Under the pieces are notes generated by a model. It searched no databases. It was not told where the DNA came from and saw only the letters and a program-made list of their open reading frames with translations. This document shows, piece after piece, positions 1 to 15,800 of a stretch of DNA of 64,000 nucleotides. The translations under genes were made by a program, and so were the position numbers. Position 1 is the first letter of the stretch. Each line of letters opens with the position of its first letter. The DNA comes from Mizuhopecten yessoensis. Its lineage: Eukaryota. The stretch covers positions 850,211-914,210 of the forward strand of contig NW_018406231.1 of the NCBI RefSeq assembly GCF_002113885.1. The letters are read 5' to 3'.

Positions 1-166
1 TTTTTGTTGACCTTTGTCCATGGAAGGTCCCTGCAAAATTTCATTGAAATTGGTTCAGGGGTTTTGGAGAAGAAGTCGAAAATGTAAATTGTTTACGGAC
101 GCACGACGACGGACAAAAGGCGATCGCAATAGGTCACTTGAGACTTTGTCTCAGGTGACCTAAAAA
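1..166. mobile_element. End of a Helentron/HINE (pearl-like) non-autonomous element
   Basis: (gacg/ggac) microsatellite, subterminal inverted repeat aggtcac/gtgacct, short hairpin tgagac..gtctca, terminal A-run. Confidence 0.65.
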
Positions 167-233
167 TCGGACAAGAACTTACTGATCATTCAGACAAAAC
201 TGTGATAACGGGTAATATGAGTACTTGATACAT

Positions 234-581
234 TAGGTCTGCAACGATACCTTAACATGGTGATACGATACATATCACAATATATATTAACAGTAGAATA
301 TTTGTTGCAAATTTTTAATGGCAATATTACAAAAGGAAATAGACTTGGCCCAAAATGGGCATGACTTTAACATTTCACACAATGCACGGCTTTTGTCGTG
401 CATGCCGAGCTGGAGCTGTCACTTACCATGTGGGAATGGATATGAGCAAACTAAATTCAGAAAAGACAAAATCCGGAAAACACCCTAGGTGTATCATGAC
501 CTCCCAAGAAATATTGTGTATTTTTGTACCGTATTTAAAATATTGTGTTATATCGTCGCACGATATATCATTGCAGCCCTA
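234..581. mobile_element. hAT-type MITE
   Basis: TIR taggtctgcaacgata/tatcattgcagcccta; 8-bp TSD tgatacat/tgatacag. Confidence 0.7.
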
Positions 582-811
582 TGATACAGTATAAATGTTT
601 TAAGTAAGTATACAAAAAAGTTTTTACAAGTATATAAAATATTATGGTTAAATTTATTGTTTAATTCAATGCAGTGTACTGTTGTATCTGTGGCATTTTG
701 ATATTGGGCTATAAAGGACAATAAGCTAATAATGAGTGTTTGGTTAAAAAAAATAACCCAGGAGATAAAAAAAAGAAAGAAAAAAGGGGCGCGCGGTACG
801 TTCTGACTCAC

Positions 812-3800
812 AGTTTCATTGACGATTTTCCAAACACGAGTATACAGAGCTTTATGTAGAGATGGGAACTCCCCAATAACACTGACGAGGTTTGATGCCC
901 AGGTAAGGTCCGGCTGGTCAGTCTGTAAACTGTGGCTGGTCACCTTACAGATCACATTCAGTAACAGGTCCACTACCTACAAACACATACAAGTAGGAGG
1001 AAGTCTTGAGGATAACAACTCACAATAACCTTTTCTACTGTCAAAAAAGGAACTCTATATTCTATATCCTTACAATGGTTACCATTAGCTTTATTTCGAC
1101 ATGAATAATTAATAATTGGAAAGCAACTTTTCCAGAGTTTCAATAGTATGTGGTGATGCATCTTAGAGAATATGTTTAAATGAATACTGTGTCTGATGCA
1201 GGGACTAAGTCCCAGGGGGCAAGGCTGGACACCAGAAACAATCCTGTTAGCATGATTGTGTTTGTCTCTTGATGTCCAGCAAGTAGGTATAGGGATACTG
1301 GGTAGGGATAAATATCACTCGAAATTATTATCCATTTTTGGCCTGGTCTCTCAACTGCCTAGGGGTCAGCCTCTCCAATTGAACAGTTTTTAAATCATGA
1401 TCACCTAAGAATGCTTAAAATCCATTATGGTCAATATCTATAATACAGTATCTAGGGATAATTACCTTTCAGCCCCCTGAGGAGGACAGCCCCTCTGTTT
1501 GTATATTTTCTAATTTTCATCACCTGAGGGTGCTCCCAACCAAATATGGTTGATCATTATATCCGTCACATTGTTCCAAAGGAGAAGTTGCTTAAACCAC
1601 TATAGCTGAATTACCCCTTTTGACCCAGCCCCAGCCCTTGGGTTAAGCTCCATCATTTGTACAGTTTTGAATCTCCTCCACCTATCTATCAGGATGTTTC
1701 ATGTCTTTGGTAATATTCCATGTGTTCAAAGTTGTTTGAGGAAACCCTTGTCTGACAGACAAATGATGACCCTGTGCTATGACATAAGGTAACTGAAGGG
1801 CTATTTGAGCTAAACATTGATAAGTGACAATTTCTTTAAGAGAATATTACCATTTTAACACATAAGATTCAGGCGGAAACATTTACCCCTGAAAACTCAT
1901 TTGAACTCTTCCAATTTAAAGGTTGGAATAGTTCATTATGAAAGTTAAGGGGTGAATAAGTTAATGCATAAGAATCAGGCAGAACCCGTTTTTACCTTTA
2001 CATGTATGAGTGACAGCTGAGGAGAGTGGGCGTTGACTGTGACCACAGTCCGCTGTGGAGACTGATTACTCTCCTCATCCAGAGTAACGGACATTTTCTC
2101 TCTGATGATTGACATCAGTTCTGGCTCTACAACATTTGTTAGTTCAAAATCAGATGAGAGAAGTCTCCCTTACAAACAAACAAATTCTGAATAAGTTCTG
2201 TCTATCAATACAGAAACCTAAATAATAAGGACGAAAAACACTTGACTGAGGCAAACACATTGTATATGTTTTATCTATCAATACAGAAACCTAAATAATA
2301 ATGATGAAAAACACTTGACTGAGGCACAAACATTGTATATGTTTTATCTATCAATACAGAAACCTAAATAGTAAGGACGAAAAACACTTGACTGAGGCAC
2401 ACACATTGTATATGTTTTATCTATCAATACAGAAACCTAAATAATAAGGACGAAAAACACTTGACTGAGGCACACATATTGCATATGTTCTGTCTATCAA
2501 TACAGCAAGCTAAATAATAAGGACGAAAAACACTTGACTTAGGCACACATATTGTATATGTTCTGTCTATCAATACAGAAACCTAAAAAATAAGGACGAA
2601 AAACACTTGACTGAGGCACACATATTGCATATGTTCTGTCTATCAATACAGAAACCTAAATAAGAAGGACGAAAAACACTTGACTGAGGCACACACGTTG
2701 TATATGTTCTGTCTATCAATACAGAAACCTAAATAAGAAGGACGAAAAACACTTGACTGAGGCACACACATTGTATATGTTCTGCCTATCAATACAGAAA
2801 CCTAAATAATAAGGACGAACAACACTTGACTGAGGCACACACATTGTATATGTTCTGTCTATCAATACAGAAACCTAAAAAATAAGGACGAAAAACACTT
2901 GACTGGGGCGCACACATTGTATATGTTCTGTCTATCAATACAGCAACCTAAATAATAAGGACGAAAAACACTTGACTGAGACACACACATTGTATATGTT
3001 TTATCTATCAATACAGAAACCTAAATAATAAGGACGAAAAACAATTGACTGAGGCACACATATTGTATATGTTCTGGCTATCAATTCAGAAATCTAAATA
3101 ATAAGGACGAAAAACACTTGACTGAGGCACACATATTGCATATGTTCTGTCTATCAATACAGAAACCTAAAGAATAAGGACGAAAAACACTTGACTGAGG
3201 CAAACACATTGTATATGTTTTATCTATCAATACAGAAACCTAAATAATAAGGATGAAAAACACTTGACTGAGGCACACATATTGCATATGTTCTGTCTAT
3301 CAATACAGAAACCTAAAGAATAAGGACGAAAAACACTTGACTGAGGCACACTCGTTGTATATGTTCTGTCTATCAATACAGAAACCTAAACAATAAGGAC
3401 GAAAAACACTTCACTGAGGCACACACATTGTATATGTTCTGTCTATCAATACAGCAACCTAAATAATAAGGACGAAAAACACTTGACTGAGGCACACACG
3501 TTGTATATGTTCTGTCTATCAATACAGAAACCTAAATAATAAGGACGAAAACCACTTGACTGAGGCACACATATTGTATATGTTCTGTCTATCAATCCAG
3601 AAACCTAAATAATAAGGACGAAAAACAATTGACTGAGGCACACATATTGTATATGTTCTGGCTATCAATTCAGAAATCTAAATAATAAGGACGAAAAACA
3701 CTTGACTTAGGCACACATATTGTATATGTTCTGTCTATCAATACAGAAACCTAAAAAATAAGGACGAAAAACACTTCACTGAGGCACACACATTGTATAT

Positions 3801-6800
3801 GTTCTGTCAAAAAAGGTAAACAGAATTGCAGGTAACCTTAAGCTTCCTGTCTAATAGTTAACACAGAATTGAAAACTTAAAGAAAAACAATTTTAGCTTG
3901 AACTTTTAAATGAAATTATCCAAATTCAAATTACAAATTTTAGTATATTATCATGAGGGTGATATCACAATCTACATATTTAAAAAAAATGGTCTTATAA
4001 AGTATGAAATGTTCTGCAGGGTTTTACAGGGAAAACAAGAGGTACATGGGCCTTAACGGTCATCTGAGTCCTACAGTATTTATTTCTGTTGGTGAAATAT
4101 GTACCAATTTGAGTAAAAAATAGTTAAGTATAACGTTAACTTAAGTTTTTCAGGACCATGAGCTGATCATTCCTAGACTGAGTTTCAGTTAGATCGGCCT
4201 ATTTGAACTTGTTTTTAAGTTTGAAATAGTTATTTTCAAAAAAAGCAGCTATGGCACCCAAATTGTATTTCTGATCGAACGGAAAAATAACAACCCTTTG
4301 TCAGGACCATGAGTCGATCATTCCTACAAAGTTTCAGTTCAATCGGCCCAGTAGAACTTGATTTTAAGTTTGAAATAGTTTTTTAAAATGGGGGCCGTGG
4401 TGGCCATATTGGATTTATGATCAAACCGAAAAATAACAACATTTGGTCAGGGAGATGTCAGTAACCTTCCCATGAAATATTAATGAAATCCCTTTGCTAG
4501 TATTTCAGCTTAAGTTTAAAATGTAAAATGTGAACAGACGACGACGGATGAAGACGGATAGCAATAGTTCACTCGAGCTAAAGCTCAAGGTGACCTAAAA
4601 ATTAACATTATTTGACCAGGAACCTTGAAATTCTTATTGCTGCCAATATTCTGAAAGCCCAAGAGAAATTATTAACATTGACGGTGTGTTCCAGCATAAA
4701 CAAGCTGTACTAATTCTACAGATAGCTAAATAGCATTTCAGTTCAGTTTAAATAACACTTTCGTTACCTTTAAGATTGTAGCATTGAGAAGCAGGGCCGA
4801 GAGTAAGTGTGTCGATTAGTTGTCCAAGACGATGCTCAAGCTGCTCCAGGGGATCCATGGTCATGTCGGTGATATCATCCTCTTCATCCTCTGGGAAAAC
4901 ACCTGGGATATAAAGGATGGAAAACAATTCAGACGTACATAATGCAGCGTATCTTTGCAATTTGGAAACCTGTATAAACCTTCTATTTATAGTAGTCCTA
5001 CATAGTGTATGTCTGATTCAACCCATTCGTTCTCTTAATTCAACTTTATCATCTATCTGACTCTGGATCCTGAATAAACCTTTAACTTAAAGGTTTTTTT
5101 CTTCTGGTTTTGAGATCTTCCCCCTCTCACTTACTGCACACCTGTGTCCTATTCAGTTATTTAGGTCAACTACTGTATACTGGGAAATGTTCGCTGTAGT
5201 TTAATTTTCACTTTCTTGCCATCAGTAACGAGGGTGAATTTATTGTTACTGTGAATTTAGTAAACAACCCATGATATGCATAGTGCCTGAATGTGGAGGG
5301 CGAAATTAACACTGGGCGAATAGGAATTATTCTGGCAAAGAGCGAAAGTTTGACTGGGCGAAAATCTCCCGGTATACCTTATATCTACCTATTAGGTCTC
5401 ATGTGAATAAGCAGTATGAAAGTCTGAAGATGTTACGTACGCCCCACGAAGGCTCACCTTGTAAGAGCTTGGCAGCTTCCTGACGACAGGCTGTCACATA
5501 GACTGTGTACAGGTTAGTGGGAATCTTCTCCACGCTGTAATACATGACAGGAAACAAATCAATGATCAACCTAGTATTTGATGCACAACGTCTCTCGGGT
5601 GACCTGAAATATTTCGGACAAAGACACTACTTTTGGACAATTCTCTTTTCCCCCACACAAAACTTAATCGGAGACAACTATATCGGTACCTGGTCGGGTT
5701 GTGACCAGTTCAGCAACCAGTTAGAATGTAAAACAACTCACCGTTTGAGCGTGTCAATGAACTTCATCCTCCCATCACGGACATCAGGAAGCTGACAAGA
5801 AACACCAAAATTTCAGGTAATTCTGTCACCTAGGAATGTTCATGTTATCGAAAACATTTGTTTTTAAACAGCACTTATTATATATTAGGTAGTAGCTGTT
5901 TTATATACCATATTTATCCTGCAAAAAGCCCAGGGTGGGTCAATGAAATTTCTGACTAACTCAAGGTAGGTAAATGGGTTTATTACAGGAAAAAGAAATA
6001 ACATTTGTTTACATTTCTATTTTGTTATAAACCGACTTGTTTGTAAAAACATTACCTATTCCAATTAAATGTTTCATAATGATAAATTTCAATGAAAATA
6101 AAACTATTCTCTGGGTTATTTCAGAATTTTTCTAGAGGACTAAAGTTATGGGGTATGAAAAAACAGGATACCTAGCTATCATCCACCCAGTTATAAATCT
6201 GGAATATCAATACATTTATAAATGTCACAAATCCTGCTTTTGGATCAATTTTAAAAAAGCCATTAAATATTCTAAGTTCAATGTACAGTGAGTTAATGGA
6301 TGTAGTGTAGAGATTGAGAATTTGGTAGAAGGCAAGGAGTCTAACTTACATGATGATAAGGCTCAAATGCGTAAAACACTTAACTTTTAATAACCAATTT
6401 TGATGCGGGTTCACTTCAAAAATAACAACATCTCACTTACTGGTCTTGGTTTGAGTAATGCTGGTACAAATCTCCCAATGAAGTAGGGCTTTCGGAAGAT
6501 ACTGCAGGATAAATTTAAAATAATTTGAAACACAAGGAATCCATTTATTAACTTCTACCAGCAAATTCCAAATACCTTAAATATAAATATAAAATTTATT
6601 TATTTTACAACAATTATGAAACAAGTTATTTCAACTTATGTTAATCACTGTTGTTGGCCCGGATCTTAGTGCGTGGGGGGTCTATGTGTGGGAGGAAACC
6701 GGAGTACCCGGAGAAAACCCACGTGGTCGGCAAGGTGACCCCATACCTTATCACGTCAGATCGGGGAATCGAACCCCGGCCGCATTGGTGAAAGGCAAGT

Positions 6801-9800
6801 GTGCTATCTACTGCACCACCTGACCACCCCTTACCACCTTGCAGTCTAGTTCGATATTTATTAAGCATACATGGTTTTCAAAAACAAATTACGAGTAAGA
6901 AATTCACTGAAATCTATTTAGTTTGATATACTTCTGTAATTATCTAGTGTGTAGGTTTAAGTATATACTGTATACAGATAATTTTTCGCCCTGTCAAACT
7001 TTCGACCTTCGCCAGAATAATACCTTTTCGCCCATTGTTAATTTCGCCCTTCACATTTAATTACTATGTATATTATGTTATTTGTGATAAACCCTCATTA
7101 CGGCAGGCAAAAAAAGTTATAACTAAACTGCACCAAAAATGTCCCAGTCTACAGCAGTTATGATCCCTTGCAACAACTAACTTAATCTCTATTTCATAGG
7201 GGCCGGTTCAGAAAATATTATGAGCTTAACAGTTAATATGTGACATTAGTCAGTATGCTAAGCTGCTAGTGGTTGAATAGGTCTAATCTTTCATTAGTAT
7301 TTAAGAAAACAACTTTTTTCCACGATTTACCTGGCCTCCATCACAGATGATGGAATTTTGTTTGTTCCTTCAAAGGTAGACAATGCTAGCTGTACATCTC
7401 TCTCCGTTTGCTCCAATATCTGTTAAATACCAAAGATGTATCACAATTGAAGCTGTTTTATAACAATATTTCACAACAGATTATCAACTAAAACTTTTGC
7501 CAATAGAGTAATGTATCAAGATTTCTACATATCCATAACAATATAATATGTGTACCTTATTTGTCATAGTTATCGCCCTTCCGTTTTTTCCCGAGGAATT
7601 GAAATGATATAAACCCTCTTCCCCTCACAATTATCCTGACCTGACCCAGTCAATGACTTACAGGACTTTCCTGTTACAATAAAGGTGCTAATTACAACAA
7701 ATACAGTATAAATACACAGGAATACATTAAAATAAAGTTAAAAAAACAAAAAAAAACCCAGTAAAATGTAAAATCCTTTGATCCAAATACTGGATATTCA
7801 GTCTTTCTCCTTCCAGTCCCCAGTCTCACAATTATTCATTTTTTTCCCCCATAGGAAGCTTATCAGTGGAATTTAAAAAATAATCTTCAGTTGGAGAATT
7901 TTTTTCTGAAATTTCAGTATTAATGCTTAATTCCTATGGAAAATCTTTTGTAAAGGAATGCCATTTATAATTAGTTATAAGGAATGTTTGTAAAACTAAG
8001 GTTAAATCAACAGTTATATAAAAACTGTCTAAAATCTGTTTCAGCTATGTCCTTTAATTGAACACTGATTCAAAGTTATTTTCTGGATAAAACCACATAT
8101 TAAAGCATATTTTTTATTTGTTTTTTCTAAATAATGAAAATCATGTATTTTTTCAAGTTCAATGATAATTAACAAGCTTTCTGGACATGAATAAACTTAC
8201 CTTCCTTTTATCACCATCCTCTCTATCTCCTGTTAAGTCTATAGGGTCCTATAATTTAAACATATCATTACAAAAAGATCTCACGAACTTGGGATGGATA
8301 GAATTATATCTTAATTGCCAACAACACAAGTTTGAAAGTCAAGCTAAAATGTCACTTGACATCAATTAAATCAGACAGCAGAAAATAACTTCAACTAATT
8401 GTACTATAATGTAATGATTTTCTAAAATTCTGTTTACAAAATATGTTTGACACAAGATATAGTTTTCTCTCATATCCAGTCATGTAATATAACTCTGGCC
8501 ATGTAAAATAGCCATGCTTGCGGAGTCTATCTTTATACATGGGCGTGACGTCACAATAGCTCAACAATGACGTGACGTCACAAATTTGGAAACCACTGAT
8601 GTCGCAATGCGGAAAAAGCAACGTGATGAAATTAAAAACTTTTACGATACGTACATTTACCATACACGTTAGAAAGATGAGATAATATTTTCTGAACAAA
8701 CTCTGTATGCAAATATTGGGTATTGCTTAATCCTGCTGACAAATTTGTTTTCGTCAAAAAAGTTCTGGAGAATATTCTGGAGAATATTTTTTTTTTAAAA
8801 TAGTAGCCACTCCAAATGCATTTTCATGGTTTCTGAGCTTATTCTGGTAGTTGGAATGAGAGTAAAAAATACTCTTTCATGCCCAAGGGTGTAGGATAGG
8901 GAATTTCATCCTCAGGATTTTCAAATTTGGCAAAACCCTCGGCAAAGCCTCATGTTTACCAAATTTGAAAACCCCTCGGGTGGAATTTCCCTATCCTACA
9001 TTCCTGGACATAAAAGAGTCTTATAATCTGTGTTAACTACCTTACCTTAAGATCTGCTAATCGTGTCTTCGCCAACATGATGTAGTCTGTGAGGAGCTCT
9101 CTACACTTTGGAGGTACAAATGGGGGTCGTAGGATATGTACCTTAAGTGCAAATCAAGAACTAAATTTCTCCTACAAATTTTTCTTCATGAACTTGTGAC
9201 ACTCTGGCAGGTTAGCAGATGTCGGTATTAAGAAGGAGAAGGACAATATGTTATAATCACTACAAACGGATGAACAACTGCCAAGTATATGTCAAATCAC
9301 AGGATTTGAGTATCCAATAGTCATGCTCTGATGTTAAATATGAAAAATAAATCTCACTTAAATTTCACAATTTTCACTTGCCATCTGCTACAAAATCTCA
9401 ATAAGTAACAGATCACCGTTGTCGTCGTCATCATCATCACCTCTCATCAACTATAAAAGTTCAGCTATGTACAATACCATTAAGGAAAAAGTATTATCTA
9501 CAGGAGTACCTTGAGGTGTGCTGTCCATTCAAAGGGAACTAGCTCAGTAAGAAACCTCATTAGAACTGTGAATGCTTTCCTTGTGTTGGTCAACGACCGC
9601 GATCCATCACCAAACATTCTCTGTAGGAACAAATGGTTACACCCAGATTACAGTTAAAACAAACTTGATTGTAAAATTGATTGTATTATTCCCAGCAAAA
9701 TTAGAACAACAATCCCAACAATAAATAACAGCCTCCGCCTCTTTTATGGAAAACATTTTGGTTGAAATAGACTTCAGCCCAAAGTTGTTTTTAAAATCTG

Positions 9801-12800
9801 TTTTACGATACAGGAGTAGGAAACTGGACAAGGTTTCATTAAAGGAAATCAAGGCCCATTACTCTCTCAATAGTACTAGTAACGTTGTTCACAAACAAAA
9901 TCTTTTATGTTATTTTACTGTGGCATAAATTGTATGTAACACTTAGAAAATACAGTGAAGTGTACCTGAAACCATTCCTGGTAGGACATGGCTACATGTG
10001 TACCCTCCAAACAGCCTTGACGAGCCAGCAGGAAAGCCACAGTCACCTGGTCCATGTCAGATCTCTCCAATCCTGTCCTCAACAGGGTGTACACAAACTC
10101 TGATAATTAAACAACAGCACAACAATAATGTAATGATTCACAAACAACAGTACCACGCCATAAGGCCAAAAACAAAATAAGTAATTCAAGTATCCTGACC
10201 TACCCTAGAAATTGTATCACTATATATATAGCTACGTTGTATAGATCTAAGATAAAGGACCACGGTCATTAAGGGTCATTTCTAGCCTCATCTGGGATTT
10301 TGAATTAGTGGTTATATTCATATTCTGGAATAAATGATAAAAGTATGGAAATATGAAATATGAAATTCATTCGACAACTAGTTTAGGAGATATGGCATTA
10401 CAAAGAGAGACATAAACCCGCATTTTCATAATAAAATGCGTGAATATCGTCTGGGGTGTGCTATTTTGTTGAAAATTGACCATTTTGAAGGAAATTAACT
10501 TCACACTTTGAAAAAATTCGCACCAAAAAGATAGCCCCAATTTATTAATATAATGACTTTTATAACAGAAATTGGTAAATAAACTCAAGTTGAATTTGTT
10601 ACTATTTATGAGGCCAAAAATGACCAATAACGCCCTAAGTCCTTGATTAGCCGTCAAAGTTCACAACCACTCAGTAAAATGTACCTTCTTCCTGTTCTGG
10701 GAGTCTGACCATATTCTTATTCTTAATAAATTCATAGCCATTGTAATGTGTGGAAATGCATTGTAAAATTTGTTATAAAAGCATAATTATAGTGATCCAT
10801 GAAAAAAAACCTAAAATTAAAAAAATTAAAATAAAATTATTTGCCTACTGATCATGCATGACCTACCATATTATTTTCAGGCATGTTACCTGAAACACAT
10901 GTGTTATTTGTTTTGTAAATTTAGAAATTTCATGATATACAAACAACACAATTTAAATGTCAAAATGCACAAAGAGCAACACAATCAATGTCATTGGTGT
11001 ATTAAGGTGAAGGGAAGGAATATGCAAACAACACAGATAATAAACAGAGGACACTTAAACGGGATAGGACACTTATAAGTTGAAATACAGTATTACGTGA
11101 GGTGAGAATAAATCGGAGTCAAGTTAATACTTAAAACATATCTAGATGAAGATGACAGCTAGATGTTGTTTCATAGTCAACATAATTAAAACAGCTTTGT
11201 GTTCAATAAAGTCCCATTATGAAACTGACAACCAGTTATTTACCGAAGAGACAGTTCGTGGCTGTGGGTAGACACACAATAAACGTGGAGACCAGAGTGA
11301 GTAGATGGGGCCAGTTGATTGGTCGATCCTGTATCTGTCGAAGGATTTCAACCACTTCCTCAACATCAAACACCAATAGTAGCTGCAAACAGTACAACCA
11401 ACGGAAAATCAAAATAGTTTTTTAATGAAGATTATTTTATTTCACTCTATTGGTAGATAAGCAAATTAAATTTGTTAACTGTTTAACAAACAAGAGTTAT
11501 CTTTTTTTCTACTAAAATCTTTTCATGTATAGATGCATGATTTAATTCATGAATAAGTCAAGTAGTCAAGTACCAGTCTCAAATGTATTTCTCCTGACAG
11601 GGATCTAATCCAGAATATGGCTTCCCTTTTCATTCAATTAATAAAACATAAATGACCTAGAATTGAAAGTACTTTATTTTGTCAGATACAATAGTTTACC
11701 TGTTTGAACATGGTGACAAGAAGAGGAGGAGATCGGGGGTAGGTCAGGTCTGTCTGGACACTGAATGCTGATCTGGCTGTAATATATATAGTAAACACAT
11801 CTTGTTACTATAGTCCACAACTGTCCTCCATCCTAAGTTTACAGCATTTTTATAAGTATATAACAAATGCAACATGCATAGCCAAACTGGGATTCAAACC
11901 CAGGACCTTCTGAACTCCAGGCGAGCGCTCTTCCACTTGAGCTACCTGGTCGCAGACGGTTGACCCTGTTTACTTCGCTGCATTCCTCCCTCCTTTGACA
12001 AAGTCTTCGACCCCCCCAAGACACACGATACTCCATACCACTTTTCATGGGTATATTTTCAGGGCGCCAAACTTGTAACAGGACCGTAGGTCGGTGGTTT
12101 TTCTCCGGGAACTCTGGCTTTCCTCTACCACCAAAACCTGGCAGGTCCTTAAATGACTATAACTGTTAATAGGACGTAAAACACAAACAAACCAAACCAA
12201 ACTGTATATTATATAGGTCAGAGTTGTAAGGTTATATATTAACCTTCACAGGGTTGGGTCACAAAGGGTCAAGGTTACAAGGTTAAGGTCACAAAGGTCA
12301 CGGGGTCAGTTTCACAGGTTAGACGACTTAGTCGTACCTGTGGTAGGTCGATGTGTGAGAATGAGGTTGATGACATGACCATACTGTTTCCTCATGCCGT
12401 CTGAGTTGTGTCCCTGTTGAACCGAGGCCACGGGCAGTCTCACAGGCTTACTGTCTGCTGTCATAGTGTCAACAAGCTCTGAAATGACAAGGTGAATGTA
12501 CACAGTGGAACGTACCAGTACATGCATTAACATACACATTGGTCATTGAAAGGATTCTACCAATTCCATGCCAATACACCTGCACTTGCCCAAGTCAACC
12601 TGCAAATGACTTTCACGACTAGCACAGATTTTGGCATACATGTATTTTGCAGTCTCCTGCATTTGCACTGCTTCTCCCAACATTTAAAATGTTAAAAAAA
12701 ATACTTTTTTTTTTTTAAAGTTTTCAACATTTAACTCATTCATGCCTAAAATTTCATAGTGAACTATTCCATCCTTTGAATTGGAAAAGTTCAAATGTGT

Positions 12801-15800
12801 CTTTAGGGGTGAATAAGTTAAGACACTTATTAGAAAAGACATATTGGTGTTTTAAAAGGAAACAATAATGGTTTCAATGTCATACTCATGACTTTGAAGA
12901 CTTTGAAAATTATAAAACACTGAAATGACCTGCAGTAAGCAGATTTGACTAACATTTTGACCATCTAGCTATGATACTCCTTTTATTGTTCAGAACTCGG
13001 CAGGTATGTCAACTTGTAGTGTACAATTTTAGCTATTAAATGATTTTAAAGTGCAATCAAGGATTAAAATGCATTTTTTTCAAACATTTTTGATGATATG
13101 AAACACTTTTGTCATTAAAACATACTGGAAATCCATCTTGTCTGAAGCATAGATTTATACAGTAGTTAAATGAGCCAGAATAATGCATCGGATATGATAT
13201 GGGTATATTGTAAAGCAAACTAATATTTTAAATGAAGTCTACATAAAACAATATTTACATTAATAGTCATAAAATTATTCCAGATCTAAAGACTAGATGA
13301 ACATTTGTATTATTGTTAATTGTTATCAATGATTTGTTGATATTGTAAACCTTAGGCTAATACATTTATTGCAACAGTTTAACATTTAACATGACAACAA
13401 CATCTTAATGTTATTAATTTTGTACTTACTCAATATTACGGAATCCAATATCACATTGGCGAACTGAAAACCAAAACAGAATGAAATATAATCCTACTCA
13501 TCATCATCACAGTCAGTGATTTTATTTTGTTGTAAATGCTTTCTATATATAGTAAGCAACAGTATCGCAAATTGAACATGTGGTGATGCAGAAGATGAAT
13601 TTCACTTCATCCTAAAATGTTGATTCTACCAAGACCTGAGATGTAAATATATCAAGCGATTCTATCACAGAAGTCCTAGTGTTTTAAAGTTAACAAAATT
13701 ATTGAGTAATAATAATGTAAAATAATTGCATAATCTAAGAAAGTAAATCTCGGAAAGCATTTATATTGTGCTACGAGATTAATGCAGAGCAATCAATGTT
13801 TGATATTGAAAACTACTTCTGTACTTTGTAAGCTCACTCTCCACTTATTAATTTCAATATGTACACATAATCTCTTGGTTTAAACAATATTTATTACTTA
13901 AATTCATTTACAATACAATACAATCACATAAATTGAAAGGATCTGGCGACAAGATATAAAATCTTATATTAGGCCATCTCCTGTACATAATCTCTTGTAC
14001 ATGTACTACATGATGTATTTTTTTATATTTAAGCTATGAGTCGGATGGTTCTTGGAAATAAAGAAACTGAAACTGAGACATGATACAGTGGTAAATATAT
14101 CAACCCATGGGACAGTGTCCGACAGCTTCAACTCATAGCTTCACTCAATTGTCTATAAATTGTGATGTCAAATCACAGATATTTCATTGAAAAATCATCA
14201 CTTGTTTTAATATCTTTGAAATCTAAATGTTTCGCTCTCGATGTCATATATTAACACTGCACCCCTGGATTTCCTAAAGACTGAACCAAAGATCCTTAAA
14301 CTCCACATTGATGATGATACCAGATAACTTATTGGGAAACTGTCATTGAATCCTGCGTACTTGTAATCTCAGCGTAATGCTTTGGTTAAAGATAAAAGGG
14401 AGTTGTGAGGCAGTATTACAGTAAAAATTACCCAAACCTGACTGCCTTCGATATCAATGTAACTCTGATATTTTCAAAGAACAGGTTCATTGTCTAAAAA
14501 AATTGTGATTGGTCAGTTTTTGGTGTCTGGAACCAATCAATCAATCAAAGTTAAAATTATGATAAATCATGTAGCAGATATAAAACAAAATTATTTAATT
14601 CACACACAGTTAGACTTAAGTCCCTTACCTTTTTCAGTGGCAATTTCTCAGGGTCAGTTTTTCCTGGGAAGGCAAGCTGGGATATGTGATTTATAAGACT
14701 TTCTGAAAAAGTAATTAATTTTATTGAATTAATGAAACATTATGTATTACATGTCAACAAAATTTACATTTTTATAAACATTGAATGTGCTTTTTGCTTT
14801 ATCCAATGGATACCCCTCTTCAAATAAATTTCATTTAAAAGTCAGAAATCAGATAATCTTTTGGATGCTGACTGATAATCACATCCAAACCTTATCTTAC
14901 TATAGCCCATAGAGGGCAAATCCAAACCATATCTTTCTATTGTCCATAGACATCAATTAATCCAAACCTTATCTTTCTATTGCCCATAGACATCAATTAA
15001 TCCAAACCTTATCTTACTTTAGCCCATAGAGGGCAAATCCAAACCTTATCTTTCTATTGCCCATAGAGGGCAAATCAAAATCTTATCTTTCTATTGCCCA
15101 AAGAGGGCAAATCCAAACCTTATCTTACTATAGCCCATAGAGGTCAAACCCAAACCTTATCTTACTATATATAGTCCATAGAGGGCAAACCCAAACCTTA
15201 TCTTACTATATATAGTCCATAGAGGGCAAACCCAAACCTTATCTTACTATAGCTCATAGAGGGCAAATACAAACCTCATCTTACTATAGCCCACAGAGGG
15301 CAAATCCAAATATTCTCTTACAACCAATAAACAGCAAATTATCTGAACATTATATTACAGCCCATAGTCAGTTTCACTAGGGGGAACTATCCCATAGTCA
15401 GTTTCGCTAGGGGGAACTATTCCAGTCAGTTTCACTAGGGGGAACTATTCCATAGTCAGTTTCACTAGGGGGAACTATCCAATAGTCAGTTTAACTAGGG
15501 GGAACTATCCCATAGTCAGTTTCACTAGGGGGAACTATTCCAGTCAGTTTCACTAGGGGGAACTATTCCATAGTCAGTTTCACAATCTCTTGTACATGTA
15601 CTACATGATGTACTAGGGGGAACTATCCAATAGTCAGTTTAACTAGGGGGAACTATCCCATAGTCAGTTTCACTAGGGGGAACTATCCAATAGTCAGTTT
15701 CACTAGGGGGAACTATTCCGTAGTCAGTTTCACTAAGGAAAACAGTTGTCCTACGAGAAGATGCCAAAGTCCTGGATACTACAACAATTCCTGGATGCAG

